NCBI GenBank assembly: GCA_965248195.1
Contig: CBDFIQ010000001.1
Coordinates: 832,001-896,000, forward strand
Direction of reading: 5' to 3'
From: Longimicrobiales bacterium
GTDB lineage: Bacteria; Gemmatimonadota; Gemmatimonadetes; Longimicrobiales; Gaopeijiaceae
Length of the DNA stretch: 64,000 bases
A program made the translations under genes and the position numbers. The notes below the pieces were generated by a model that did not search any database, was not told the DNA's origin, and was given only the letters and a program-made list of their open reading frames with translations. Positions 17,505-27,266 of the stretch are shown one piece after another. How positions within the stretch are numbered: the stretch's first letter is position 1; every line of letters starts with the position of its first letter.

Positions 17505-18128
17505 TCACAGCGCCCCCAGGAGCCTTGCAGCGTCAGCGACCATCGAGAACTCCTCGTCGGTCCCCCCATAGTCCGGATGCGTGCGCTTCGCTGCCTTGCG
17601 GTACGCGGCTTTCGGATCGGCCTGCACGTCCTTAACCGAAAGCCCTGAAAAACGAGCCAATACCGACTCCGGACTCTCCGCGGACGTCTTCGCCGGGATC
17701 TGTAGCCAGCCCGTGTACTGCTCGCCCGTCGTGGTGATGCCGTAGCGATCGAGCCGGCGGAGATCCTCGAGGCCCTTGGCGATGGCCCTGAGGTTCCCCT
17801 TCCACTCTGTGAAAGTGTCGCACGGGTACGAAAGCGGGCCGTGCTTTGAATCGAACGAGAGGATGATGCCCGGATGCTCCGGCGAGGCCGTCGCCTTGAT
17901 CCAGCCATCTTTGCGGATGTGGCGACGCTCGACGGCCATCTGCAGCACGACGCTCTCGGCGTCGAGTTGCCAGAGCTCGTGATCCAGCAGAGACATTGTG
18001 GCGTCCCAGTCTACGCCCTGGACGGTGCTGCCCCTCCATCGGTCGCTCTGCTTCCGAAACGGATGCTTCCGGCGCTCCCCCGTCATCGGGCCCGGCTACC
18101 GCTCGATCGGTACAACTTTCCAGTCCAT
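17505..18128 (-). pseudogene. Phage J-domain protein with in-frame TAG at codon 11
   Basis: AYRKAAKRTHPDYGG HPD motif; RBS-led ATG at 18128 then TAG at 18096-18098. Confidence 0.7.
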
Positions 18129-18237
18129 TAGACTCCCTTTTGTTTAGTTGGGTCGACGCTTCCCGCGGCGCTCCCCCATCCGACCGGGTGCCGTCGCTTC
18201 TCGTCTCGAGCCACCTTCTCTCTCTCAACTGGCCGAC

Positions 18238-18465
18238 TCATGGAAAGCGCCTCCCGATCCACTCAATCACGGGCACCGTCACCGCATTGCCCATCATCCT
18301 GTAGCGTGGGCCGTCCGCGAGTCCTTCCGTCCAACCGTCAGGGAAGCCTTGTAGTCGTTCGCATTCGGTTGGGGTCAGCCGGCGGGGTACGGCAGCCAGG
18401 ACGGCACCAGCACCTATGCCAGCCCTACCACCATTGGGCGTGAGTAGCGCGTTCGCGACCTTCAC
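18238..18465 (-). pseudogene. C5 DNA methyltransferase C-terminal remnant
   Basis: RRLTPTECERLQGFPDGW and RYRMMGNAV (motifs IX/X) without catalytic motifs. Confidence 0.85.
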
Positions 18466-18812
18466 GGCATGCACCCCCGGATCGCGAGCGTCCACAACAC
18501 GGCGAACATTAAGAGCCCGAGGAGGGCCGCTCGCTTCAGGCGGGGTGGGGAAGGGGTCGGGGCCTTCCGTTTCGGTGCAGCGGCCTGCTCCGCTCGATAG
18601 GCCTGGGAGAGCACGTCCTTCGCCTTGTTTTGCCTCTCGATCTCCTTCACCACGCGCTGCACGATCTCCGGGTTCTTGACCCTCTGGAGCCCGGCTCGCG
18701 TGCGCTGGTAGACGGTGACCCGGTTGAACGTCCCGGCGGGGAGGACCTCGAAGATCACGCCCTTCCGGGAGGGGAGCTCGACAGCGATCGGTAGGTATGC
18801 GCGGCGACTCAT
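18462..18812 (-). CDS. Hypothetical phage membrane-anchored protein
   Basis: ATGA-coupled to fic; C-terminal TM helix. Confidence 0.55.
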   Translation of the reverse strand: MSRRAYLPIAVELPSRKGVIFEVLPAGTFNRVTVYQRTRAGLQRVKNPEIVQRVVKEIERQNKAKDVLSQAYRAEQAAAPKRKAPTPSPPRLKRAALLGLLMFAVLWTLAIRGCMP

Positions 18813-19258
18813 GACCTCGACTCGCCGAGCGTCTGATAGTAGAAAGCCTGGAGGAACGAAAGCGGAGGGAGCTGGTTGCCTTGTCGCATCCATAGCCAGA
18901 TGGTGCGGCCGCTCCGTCCGTTGCCGTCCATGAAGGGGTGAAGCGTTTCGTATTCGAGGTGAGCTCGCCAAGAATCCACTTCGCTGTCACTGATTCTGGC
19001 GAGCAGGGATTCCAGTGCGTCCCTGATTGCTGGCCCACCACGAGGAGCGATGTGGTTTCCGACGCGAACGTCTAGGCCTTCTTCGAACCGCGGCTTGGCT
19101 GCCGCCACTTTCCACACGAACGTCTGGACGTCGAGCACGGTGATCCGCGGCAGCGCCAGCAATTCTTCATGGGCGGCGATCTCGTCCGAGTAAGGTGTAC
19201 GGAATATCCCCTCGATGGCGTTCGACTGCCGGACGAATTCTTCCAGGCCGGTCATCAC
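18809..19258 (-). CDS. Fic-domain protein
   Basis: HPFMDGNGRSGR canonical motif; N-terminal SNAIEG. Confidence 0.93.
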   Translation of the reverse strand: MMTGLEEFVRQSNAIEGIFRTPYSDEIAAHEELLALPRITVLDVQTFVWKVAAAKPRFEEGLDVRVGNHIAPRGGPAIRDALESLLARISDSEVDSWRAHLEYETLHPFMDGNGRSGRTIWLWMRQGNQLPPLSFLQAFYYQTLGESRS

Positions 19259-19989
19259 GGCTCGACCCTCCGAAATTCAACGATCCACACCCAGGGTTTC
19301 GAATTCCACGAGTAGCCCCGCTTGGCGTTCAACGACTCCCATAGTTCGGCGAAGTAGGCCCGGGCCAATTCGTCTTCCGTCAACGGAGGCTGACCAGGAA
19401 AGAGTCGTCCCTTCGTGAAGAACGCCGCCGCCCCCGGGGAGCCATCATGTCGAGCGAGCCTGACGAGTGGCTTCCCATCCTCAGTCGAAGGGATCTGTAC
19501 ACCCTCAGACCACACGTCCTCGGTCGTGATGTCCTGCACCCGCTCGGCCCGGATGTCCGTGACCTCGAGCCAGATGCGGGCGTACCTCTTTGGCATGTGA
19601 ATCGAGGGGGACCAACGCACGTCCGACTCGGTCGGGATATTCTCTAGGCCGCGCGCTTCTGCGTTGCCTGGGTAGTCCGCCCGGTAGATCGAGATTCCGG
19701 TGTTTGTGACGAAGTGTGCCTCCCTCACGTACAGATGGTCTCCGATCTGGCCGTAGGGGCAGCGACGAATCCAGAGCGGGTCTCCGTGGCCGGTGCCGTC
19801 GTCCACAATGCCCACTTCCCACGTCCCATCTTTCCTTGGATGTAGCGCGTAAGACTTGCCAGGCTTGAGGACCGGGAGGTGCTGCACCACTCTACGGGTC
19901 TGGCTCTTCCGCCCGTCGAGGACCGCCCGGACCATCTCGGCGGACATCAGGATCGGGCGCTCACGCACTTCGACGGCACTCGCCATCAC
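19255..19989 (-). CDS. Phage ASCH-like protein
   Basis: ERPILMSAEMVRAVLDGRKSQTRR, CPYG..GD.LYVRE, WSPSIHMP, PWVW. Confidence 0.8.
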   Translation of the reverse strand: MMASAVEVRERPILMSAEMVRAVLDGRKSQTRRVVQHLPVLKPGKSYALHPRKDGTWEVGIVDDGTGHGDPLWIRRCPYGQIGDHLYVREAHFVTNTGISIYRADYPGNAEARGLENIPTESDVRWSPSIHMPKRYARIWLEVTDIRAERVQDITTEDVWSEGVQIPSTEDGKPLVRLARHDGSPGAAAFFTKGRLFPGQPPLTEDELARAYFAELWESLNAKRGYSWNSKPWVWIVEFRRVEP

Positions 19990-20183
19990 TCACCCCCCAA
20001 ATCAAGAGACAGCATCCAAAGGGGCTCCAGCCCGATAGCACCCTGCACGCCGTAGTCACGAAGCCCCCAGTACGGCGGGCTCGTCACGACGCAGTGCACG
20101 GACTCTTCCGGGAGGGTTCGCAGCAGGTCCAGGCAGTCGCCCACGAGGATCCGCACCCTCATCCGCTCGCTCTCCTCAGACAC
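19986..20183 (-). pseudogene. N4/N6 DNA methyltransferase N-terminal remnant
   Basis: GDCLDLL...VVTSPPYWGLRDY, then premature end. Confidence 0.85.
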
Positions 20184-20973
20184 CGCACATTCCTTCGCAC
20201 TCGTTGCTCCAGAGCGTCATCTGGCCGCGCTCCTCAGCCGTCGAAAGGTCCACTTCGTCGAGCGGGACACGGGACACGTGGACGAAGCAGCTACCGGAGC
20301 TGCCCTTCCGTATCGCGCGGTCGAACTCGACGGCCTCCCGCCAAGACTCAGGCTCGTTGTCTCTCAGGTCGCGCCACTCGACGTCCGAACGGTAAGGGCA
20401 CGCCACGCACGCGGACCTGGCGAGCTCGCGGCCGGGATAGGCGCGCACGAACCAGGAGAGGCAATCGGAGCGCGACATGCCGAGCTCGATCAGCGGATAG
20501 CGGTTGATCCACCAGGCATCGCGCGACGGCTTCATGCGCGTCACCTCGTCCACCGTAATGCCCATCCACTGCGTGACGGTCTGGCCCTTGGGCACTCTGT
20601 GGCGTGGGGCCACGCCCAGGATCTCGCGCACCTTCTTCTTGATCGGCGCGATCTTGTACTGGCGTGTGCATTGTCTCCGGCCCATGCCGCCGGACGCGGT
20701 GAAGAGTGGCATTGACGTGAAACGCCGCTTTGCGCTGAGCACGCCGCTCCGGATGTCGCCCGCCGTGACGCGGTAGATGGGCAGCTTGCCGTCCGTCAGG
20801 CGCCCGACCTCAGACTCCAGCCAGGCCAGGTGGCCGTAGACGCGGCGTGGCTCCCACTGCGTGTCCGCGAAGATGGCTGCGGCAGGGAGTGGCTCGAGCT
20901 CGCCTGTTGCGGCCATGAGGAGCATGACCGAGGACTGCACGCCTGCCCCAAGCGAGATCACGTGGAGGCTCAT
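20176..20973 (-). CDS. Phage PAPS-reductase-like PP-loop protein
   Basis: ISLGAGVQSS, FADT, RQCT..KI, SACVACPY, ECEGMCGV. Confidence 0.85.
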   Translation of the reverse strand: MSLHVISLGAGVQSSVMLLMAATGELEPLPAAAIFADTQWEPRRVYGHLAWLESEVGRLTDGKLPIYRVTAGDIRSGVLSAKRRFTSMPLFTASGGMGRRQCTRQYKIAPIKKKVREILGVAPRHRVPKGQTVTQWMGITVDEVTRMKPSRDAWWINRYPLIELGMSRSDCLSWFVRAYPGRELARSACVACPYRSDVEWRDLRDNEPESWREAVEFDRAIRKGSSGSCFVHVSRVPLDEVDLSTAEERGQMTLWSNECEGMCGV

Positions 20974-21011
20974 TTCTCGCGCACGTCGCCCACGTGAATC
21001 CGCACGCTCAT
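20970..21011 (-). pseudogene. 13-codon stub resembling a DNA methyltransferase start
   Basis: MSVRIHVGDVREK* with ATGA overlap into the next gene. Confidence 0.5.
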
Positions 21012-21243
21012 CCGGGCCCCCTGAGCCACTTGGCGCCGGCGTCGTCGAAGATCCGGTCTATGAGCTCGCGGAAGCGGTCCGGGGCGGACCTACGCCAATG
21101 TGGGGCGTTGTGAAAACCGTTGACAAAGGTACCGACTTTCGGGCGCGCTTCGGGCCTGCAACGACGCGATCCGATACCCCCGCTACCGTGCGTATTAGGC
21201 GTATCTGTGCGGTTTAACGGGTTCTGTGAGGGTTCTGGGGTTG

Positions 21244-21599
21244 ATCGCCCACTTCATACCCACCGCGAAGTCGGAGACTCCCTGGGTCGTGACCTCGGGT
21301 GCCGCCCCGCCCTCCTGGAGCGTGCTGCGGATGAACCAGTCCGACTCCAGGCGGAGCTCCCAGCCGTCGGCGATGCCCACCCGCAAGAGGAACGGAGTGG
21401 TGAAGTTTTCGACCTCCATACCGAGGGTCTCCGTTTCGTCGAACGCGACGGATCCTTCGATCTGGACGCTGCCCTTCCCCACCGTCGAGCTGGATTCGAC
21501 GAAGTCGGGCCGGTCGGTCCCGATGGACTGGGCGGCGGCCGCTCCCGGGATGACGGCTGTTGTCAGTGCGATGAGAAGGACTACCTGAAAACGATACAT
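21244..21599 (-). pseudogene. Outer-membrane beta-barrel 'transporter' (MetA-pathway type), 3' truncated
   Basis: Signal peptide, TDRPDF..S..VGKG..QIE, LLRVG, ELR; ends at GMKWA. Confidence 0.75.
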
Positions 21600-21820
21600 T
21601 GAAACCCCGAGTCGGCGGTAAATTTAGGCAAGCCTAAAAATAAACAGGAACGCCGGCTTGCCAAGGGGCCAGTGGGGGACTTGCCAGGGGGCCCGCGGAC
21701 GACCGGAGAGGCCCCGCCGCCTGCCCATCGACTTGTCCATCCCACCGCCGATGGATACGGTGCTTCGTGTTGGAGGGTCTAGCGGTAGGAATCGGCGCAC
21801 GAATAGCGTAGGAGGTAGAC

Positions 21821-22630
21821 ATGACGCGACCGGACGCGAAGGGCGAGAGCAAGCAGTCACGTCGTGACTTTCTTGTGAGGGCGGGGGCGACGGCGACCGG
21901 GTTGGTCTTCGCGCCCGCACTTCTACCGGGGAGGCTCGGCGCAGCCGGGCCCCTGCCTGCCGCAGTCCGCCCCCTGCCCGCCGCAGCCGGGGCGCGGCAA
22001 GCGGTCACGAGGATCGGGATCATCGGATCAGGAAACATCGGAGGGGCGGTCGGCCTGAAGTGGGCAGAGGCCGGACACGAGATCCTGTTCTCCTCCCGCC
22101 ATCCCGAAGAGCTCACGGAGCTGGTCGAGCGGGCCGGCCCCAGAACCCGCGCCGGCCTTCCGGCAGAGGCCGCCGCTTTCGGGGAGATCGTTCTCATCGC
22201 GGTGCCATATGCCGCGCTCCCCCAGGTGGGCCAGGACTACGCGCCCTTGATGCGAGGCAAGGTGGTCATCGACTGCGGCAATCCTTACCCGCGGCGCGAC
22301 GGACCCATGGCGGAGGACGCGTTGGCCAAAGGGACCGGGGTCGCCTCGGCCGAATTCCTGCCGGGTGTCCGCCTCGTGCGCGCGTTCAATGCGATCAGCT
22401 ACAGGTCGGTGGAAAGGGAGGCTCACCGTGCGGGAGAGCAGGTCGGGATTCCGATCGCCGGCGACGACGAGGATGCGCTCCGAATCGTGTCGGATCTCGT
22501 GGTGGACGCCGGCTTCGATCCGGTCGTGGTCGGGCCGCTCGCTCGGGCGCGAGAATTCGATCAGGGCTCAGCTGTGTACGTGACCGACATGACGGCGGCC
22601 CAGCTCCGGGAGGCCTTGGGCCTCAGGTAG
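21821..22630 (+). CDS. NADPH-dependent F420 reductase-family oxidoreductase with Tat signal
   Basis: SRRDFL; IGIIGSGNIG; IDCGNP; VRAFN. Confidence 0.9.
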   Translation: MTRPDAKGESKQSRRDFLVRAGATATGLVFAPALLPGRLGAAGPLPAAVRPLPAAAGARQAVTRIGIIGSGNIGGAVGLKWAEAGHEILFSSRHPEELTELVERAGPRTRAGLPAEAAAFGEIVLIAVPYAALPQVGQDYAPLMRGKVVIDCGNPYPRRDGPMAEDALAKGTGVASAEFLPGVRLVRAFNAISYRSVEREAHRAGEQVGIPIAGDDEDALRIVSDLVVDAGFDPVVVGPLARAREFDQGSAVYVTDMTAAQLREALGLR

Positions 22631-23210
22631 CTCCCGTCACCGCCTCCTTCGCCGCAGCGAGAAGCTCCGGGCCCGTAAACGCCGCGAGGAGCGGTACCCC
22701 TAGCTCGTCCAGCTTGGCCCGCCCACCCTCGTCCCGATCGACCAGGCAGATCACGCCGGCGACGGTCGCTCCGTGCTCGCGCACCGCTTCGATCGCCCGG
22801 ATCGCGCTCGCCCCACTGGTCACTGCGTCCTCGACGATGACCACACGGGCATCCGGCGGAAGGCCCCCCTCGATCCGTTGTCCAGTGCCATGGCCCTTGG
22901 CTTCCTTACGCACCGTGAAGCCATCGAGCACACGCTCCCGTGACGTGCTGTGGTGCGCAATCGCGTAGGCCACGGGGTCGGCGCCGAGGGTCAGGCCCCC
23001 AACGTGCGTCACGTCCCAGCCCGCCTCATCGATCAGATCGTATGCGATCTTGCCCGTGAGCCGTTGCCCCTCGGCGGTCATGGTCGTTTGCCTGGCGTCG
23101 ACGTAATAGGGTGATTTGGCTCCGCTCGAAAGCGTAAAGTCACCGAGGCGCACGGAGCGCTTCACAAGGAGGTGCTTCAGGCTCTCGCGATCATCCGTCG
23201 GCTGTTTCAT
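22623..23210 (-). CDS. pyrE: Orotate phosphoribosyltransferase
   Basis: FTLSSGAKSPYYVD, RKEAKGHG, VIVEDAVTSGAS. Confidence 0.95.
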   Translation of the reverse strand: MKQPTDDRESLKHLLVKRSVRLGDFTLSSGAKSPYYVDARQTTMTAEGQRLTGKIAYDLIDEAGWDVTHVGGLTLGADPVAYAIAHHSTSRERVLDGFTVRKEAKGHGTGQRIEGGLPPDARVVIVEDAVTSGASAIRAIEAVREHGATVAGVICLVDRDEGGRAKLDELGVPLLAAFTGPELLAAAKEAVTGAT

Positions 23211-23260
23211 CGGGCCGCGTCCGTGGCGAATTTGGCTACGTCAATCGTGAAATCGATACT

Positions 23261-23692
23261 TCAGGCTTTGGGCGCCTCGAGGTCCGCGAACCCCTCCCGG
23301 ATCTCCGGCGGTACCCGCATCGCACGACGGCCCTCCCCGATCCACACGGCCACCACGCGAGCTCGCGCCACGGGCGTCGATTCGGCCTCCCCCTCTCGGG
23401 GGTCTCGGCGGGCCTCTTGGAGCATGACCATGCTCGCGCGCCGGAACTCCCCCGCCCAGGTTCGGATCCGCAGCCGGTCTCCGAGAAGCACCTCGCTCAG
23501 GTAGTCCACCTCGATGCGCACAACATGGATCGCCCAACCCCGTTGCGCGAGTACGTCATACGTAAAGCCGCAGCGAGCCAGAGCCTCGAAGCGGGCTTGT
23601 TCGAAATAGTTGAGATGGACCGCATGATTGACGTGACCGAAGGAATCCAACTCGTAAGCGCGGGCCTCGATAACGGCTTCGGCGACGCTCAG
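23261..23692 (-). CDS. Acyl-CoA thioesterase (4HBT/YbgC-like); start uncertain, possibly CTG
   Basis: ELDSFGHVNHAVHLNYFEQAR. Confidence 0.88.
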   Translation of the reverse strand: MSVAEAVIEARAYELDSFGHVNHAVHLNYFEQARFEALARCGFTYDVLAQRGWAIHVVRIEVDYLSEVLLGDRLRIRTWAGEFRRASMVMLQEARRDPREGEAESTPVARARVVAVWIGEGRRAMRVPPEIREGFADLEAPKA

Positions 23693-23704
23693 TTTCTTTC
23701 GCCC

Positions 23705-25501
23705 TCAGGTCGCGAGAGACGCGGTATGCGATCCCTCTTGGTTCCCCAGGGCAGTGATCGCGTCGACGACCCCCGTCACGGCGCCGTCTGCGTTCCGGAG
23801 GGGGGTCGAGATCACTTCGACCGGAAGAACGTTGCCGTCCTTGTCGAGCAGAGGTGCGTCGTATCGAGTGCGTTTCCGCTCCCGCCGGGCCGTCATCCGT
23901 GAATCGCCATCCTTCCAGTTCTCGGTGTCGAACAGCAGATCCTGGGCCTGCTTCCCGTCCAGATCCTCGGCGCGGTGCCCTGTCAGGTCGGTGATGCGCG
24001 AGTTCACGTACACGATGCGGTCGTTGAGGTCGGTGATGATCAGACCCTCACGAAGCGACTCGACCACCGACCGGAAGCGAGTCTCCGAATCGAGCAGGGA
24101 ACGCTCGGCTTCCCGGTCCTTCTGGCGGGCCGTGTTTTGGAGCGTGACGGATACACCCGTGGCTGAGGGATTGATATATAGGTCGAGCCACGGTCCGTCT
24201 TGTTCCAGCTGGCGGCGGAGCCGAGCGGGCCCCCCGCCACGGATCGCCTTGCGAACCTCTGCGACGATCGACGTGTCCTTGATGCCCTTCATGGCTTCCG
24301 CGAGGCCACGGCCTACAAGGGCGTTGCCCTCTACTCCGCGTTCATCGAGCCACCGAAGGGCGGCCGGATTGAGGAACGTGAAGCGAAGCTTCTCATCAAG
24401 ATGGATGAAACCATCGACGTTACTGGTCGCCGCGGGTGGCAGCCCCACGGGCACCTCCACCTCCACAGCGCTCGCGGCCGCCTCCGCTCGGCAGGTCTCC
24501 ACGATGAGCGACATGCGGTCTCCGATCGAGGCGGCAAAGATCCTCTCGCCTTGCGTCCAGGGGCGAGCCGAGTGATGGGCGATGACCAGCGCGCCGACCA
24601 CTTTCCCGCGGACCCGGATGGGGACGTCCAAGCGACTCGCGGCGTCGGGGCCTATCCTACCCTGGCCCAACAGGATATGGCCATCAGGGTCCATCTTGAC
24701 GTCCGAGCTCACCAACACGCGGACTTGGTCGAGCGTCTGGAGATACGGCCCTGTCTGCGGGACCGAGATCGAGGGTGCCGCCTCTTCCCTCCGTCTCGTT
24801 GTCGCGTAGTGCAAATGGTCGAGCCTCCACAGGGCGCGGTCCTCACTCAGAAACCAAAGCTCCCACCGGTCGCGCTTCCACGCGCCGCCTGCGAGTTCTG
24901 CGACCTCGCGCAGCACTGCCGCTTCATCCGCCTCGGCGCTGCCGCTCCTGCGAGCTAGCGTGAGTAGGATCTGGTCGAGTTCGTGGAGGTGGATCTCCTG
25001 GATTTGGTCAGTGAGGGCCACCTCCTTCTTGGGCGTAACCTCGACGAAATAAGCGACACGCCCACCCTTGAACGGTTTCTGCTGGATCACCTGACACGTG
25101 TGCTTGAGCCAGCGCTCCTCCCGCCCGTCCCTTGCGCGAACGAAGAACTCGAAGGGCACGGCCGTTGCGGCGGCCTCATACCCTGCCATTAGGCCGGCCT
25201 CAACCACCTCCGGCTCCTCGACCAGGTCCTTCAGCTCCTTGTGTACGAACTCCGAAATTTTGCGTCCGATCAACTTGCTGCGGGTCAGGCCGAAGAGATC
25301 ACAAAACGTGTTGTTGGCCCAGGTGATGCGAAGTGCGGGATCGAGGAGGAGCGTGCCGACCGGTGAATGGTCCAGGAGGACGTGGTCTCCGCCCCTAGGT
25401 GCGGCCCCTGTGGCGGCTCTCTTTGAGGTGCGAAGCAGGACCCACCCAGCGGTCAGAATCAAGGCGAACCCTGCAACAACAAAAACTGGTGTCATACTCA
25501 A
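23705..25501 (-). CDS. Membrane-anchored PAS-GAF-PAS-PAS sensor protein
   Basis: N-terminal TM; PAS motifs; LDVPIRVRGKVVG GAF; no output domain. Confidence 0.85.
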   Translation of the reverse strand: MSMTPVFVVAGFALILTAGWVLLRTSKRAATGAAPRGGDHVLLDHSPVGTLLLDPALRITWANNTFCDLFGLTRSKLIGRKISEFVHKELKDLVEEPEVVEAGLMAGYEAAATAVPFEFFVRARDGREERWLKHTCQVIQQKPFKGGRVAYFVEVTPKKEVALTDQIQEIHLHELDQILLTLARRSGSAEADEAAVLREVAELAGGAWKRDRWELWFLSEDRALWRLDHLHYATTRRREEAAPSISVPQTGPYLQTLDQVRVLVSSDVKMDPDGHILLGQGRIGPDAASRLDVPIRVRGKVVGALVIAHHSARPWTQGERIFAASIGDRMSLIVETCRAEAAASAVEVEVPVGLPPAATSNVDGFIHLDEKLRFTFLNPAALRWLDERGVEGNALVGRGLAEAMKGIKDTSIVAEVRKAIRGGGPARLRRQLEQDGPWLDLYINPSATGVSVTLQNTARQKDREAERSLLDSETRFRSVVESLREGLIITDLNDRIVYVNSRITDLTGHRAEDLDGKQAQDLLFDTENWKDGDSRMTARRERKRTRYDAPLLDKDGNVLPVEVISTPLRNADGAVTGVVDAITALGNQEGSHTASLAT

Positions 25502-25682
25502 CCGGGTCGGCTCTGCCTCGAGCCGGCTTCCATTATTGGTATTCTCTTGTATGCACGCCCGGCCGACCTCCTTGCCGGTATTCGGGCAGGTACCTAACCT
25601 GGGCGACTTCCACGGATCAAATACTCCCCTTGCGCGGGCCCGTTACACTGGCCCCGCCGGGGACCTGAGAGCGGGTTGTCGC

Positions 25683-27266
25683 TTGCCAGTCCTCCTATCT
25701 AAAGAATGGCTCATCTGGGTAGCCGGTGTCCAGTTGTTCATGGTACAGTCGGCAACCGCAAAGGGCATGCCAGGGACCGGTCCTGCCGTCCCAGCCGCGC
25801 GGACCGAGCTGGGGCTGGGACAGGCGCCCCAGCAAACGCCCGAGGCGTTGGTGGTGCTGGCGGCATCGAGCCTCCAGGACGTGTTGCCCGATGTGGCCCG
25901 AGCCTGGCGTACCGCGGGAGGCGTACCCGTGCGCTTCAGCTTCGACGCGACCTCCCGGCTGGCGCCGCAGATTCTCAGGGGTGCTCCGGCGGATGTCTTC
26001 ATATCGGCCGACGACGTATGGATGCAGTGGCTCGATGAGCGGGGTGGCGTGGAGCGTGCGTCCATCCGACCTGTGGCGACGAATCAGCTCGTCTTCGTGG
26101 TGCCTAGAGGTGCGTCTGATCCGCCCGGAGACCCCGGTTCGGTGGCGGGCGCCGATCTCGCTCGGATCGCACTGGCCGGAGAGAATGTCCCGGCGGGCCG
26201 CTACGCGAGGGCGGCCCTCGAGAGCGTAGGGGCCTGGAGCTCGGTCGAGCCGCGCGTAATTCGTGGCGGCAGTGTGCGCGGGACCCTCGAATGGGTGGCC
26301 AGGGCCGAGGCGGACGGCGGCATCGTGTACCGGACTGATGCGTTGGCGGAGGACCGTGTGAGCCTGGCGTTCGCGTTCGAGGGGGAGGACTATCCCGCGC
26401 CGACGTACCCGGGGGCCGTAACCACTTGGACCGAGCACCGTGAAGCCGCGGAGGCCTTCCTCGACTTCATGAGTGGCGCGGAGGCCGTGGCCGTGCTTTC
26501 CGCGGCGGGTTTTGGGCCAGCCACCGACGGAGCGGAGAGGACGCAGGTGGCTTCGTCCACTTTGGAGACGTCGGCTGTGTTGGATCCGTGGTCGGCGGTC
26601 CGACTGTCACTCATTGTCGCGTTCAGCGCTGTTCTCTTGGGCTTGGTTCCGGCGGTCGCCATGGGGTGGGTTCTGGCCCGCCGTGACTTCCTGGGGAAGA
26701 GCTTCGTCTCGATGATCGTCATGGCCCCGTTGGTGGTGCCGCCCGTGGTAACCGGCTTCCTGCTCCTGAGCTTGCTGGGCCGGGAGTCCGCCCTCGGCGG
26801 GTTGCTCGCTGCGATGGGCCTACCGATTCCGTTCACGCTCTTGGGGGCGACGTTGGCTGCGCTGGTCGTGGGTTTTCCTCTTTACGTGATGGCGATCCGG
26901 GCAGTGTTCGATACCGTGGACCGGCGTTTCGAGGAGGTCTCCTGGACGCTTGGAGTCCCGAAGGCACCTACGTTCCGGCGTATTTCCCTGCCGTTGGCTC
27001 TTCCCGGCATCGCGGCGGGGGCCGTTCTCGCCTTCGCCCGGTCGTTGGGGGAGTTCGGTGCGACCGTGGTGCTCGCTGGAAACATGGAGGGCGAAACCCG
27101 CACCATCGCCCTCGCGGTCTACTCATTATTAGAGTCGCCCTCGGGCCAGGGTGCCACCTGGATTCTGGTGATCGCCAGCGTGATGCTTTCCCTCGGGGCC
27201 CTCCTCGGGTTCGAGGGGCTGTCGAGATGGCAGCGCCGCCGAATGGAAGACCACCATGGCCACTGA
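25683..27266 (+). CDS. modB: Fused molybdate-binding protein/permease (ModA-ModB); start approximate
   Basis: AASSL, GAPADVFISA, VPAGRYA, then PLVVPPVVTGF, FARSLGEFGAT. Confidence 0.9.
   Translation: MPVLLSKEWLIWVAGVQLFMVQSATAKGMPGTGPAVPAARTELGLGQAPQQTPEALVVLAASSLQDVLPDVARAWRTAGGVPVRFSFDATSRLAPQILRGAPADVFISADDVWMQWLDERGGVERASIRPVATNQLVFVVPRGASDPPGDPGSVAGADLARIALAGENVPAGRYARAALESVGAWSSVEPRVIRGGSVRGTLEWVARAEADGGIVYRTDALAEDRVSLAFAFEGEDYPAPTYPGAVTTWTEHREAAEAFLDFMSGAEAVAVLSAAGFGPATDGAERTQVASSTLETSAVLDPWSAVRLSLIVAFSAVLLGLVPAVAMGWVLARRDFLGKSFVSMIVMAPLVVPPVVTGFLLLSLLGRESALGGLLAAMGLPIPFTLLGATLAALVVGFPLYVMAIRAVFDTVDRRFEEVSWTLGVPKAPTFRRISLPLALPGIAAGAVLAFARSLGEFGATVVLAGNMEGETRTIALAVYSLLESPSGQGATWILVIASVMLSLGALLGFEGLSRWQRRRMEDHHGH

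Larger units (their letters stand above)
1..21243 (-). mobile_element. Lambda-like (cos, siphovirus-type) prophage, probably defective; continues left of the window
   Basis: Co-oriented, translationally coupled head/tail genes in lambda order; phage replication and accessory genes; right junction truncates a host gene at ~21244. Confidence 0.93.

Noticed and set aside
18096..18098. Phage-wide TAG recoding
   Set aside because: Other prophage genes, including the major capsid gene, end normally at TAG; single occurrence.
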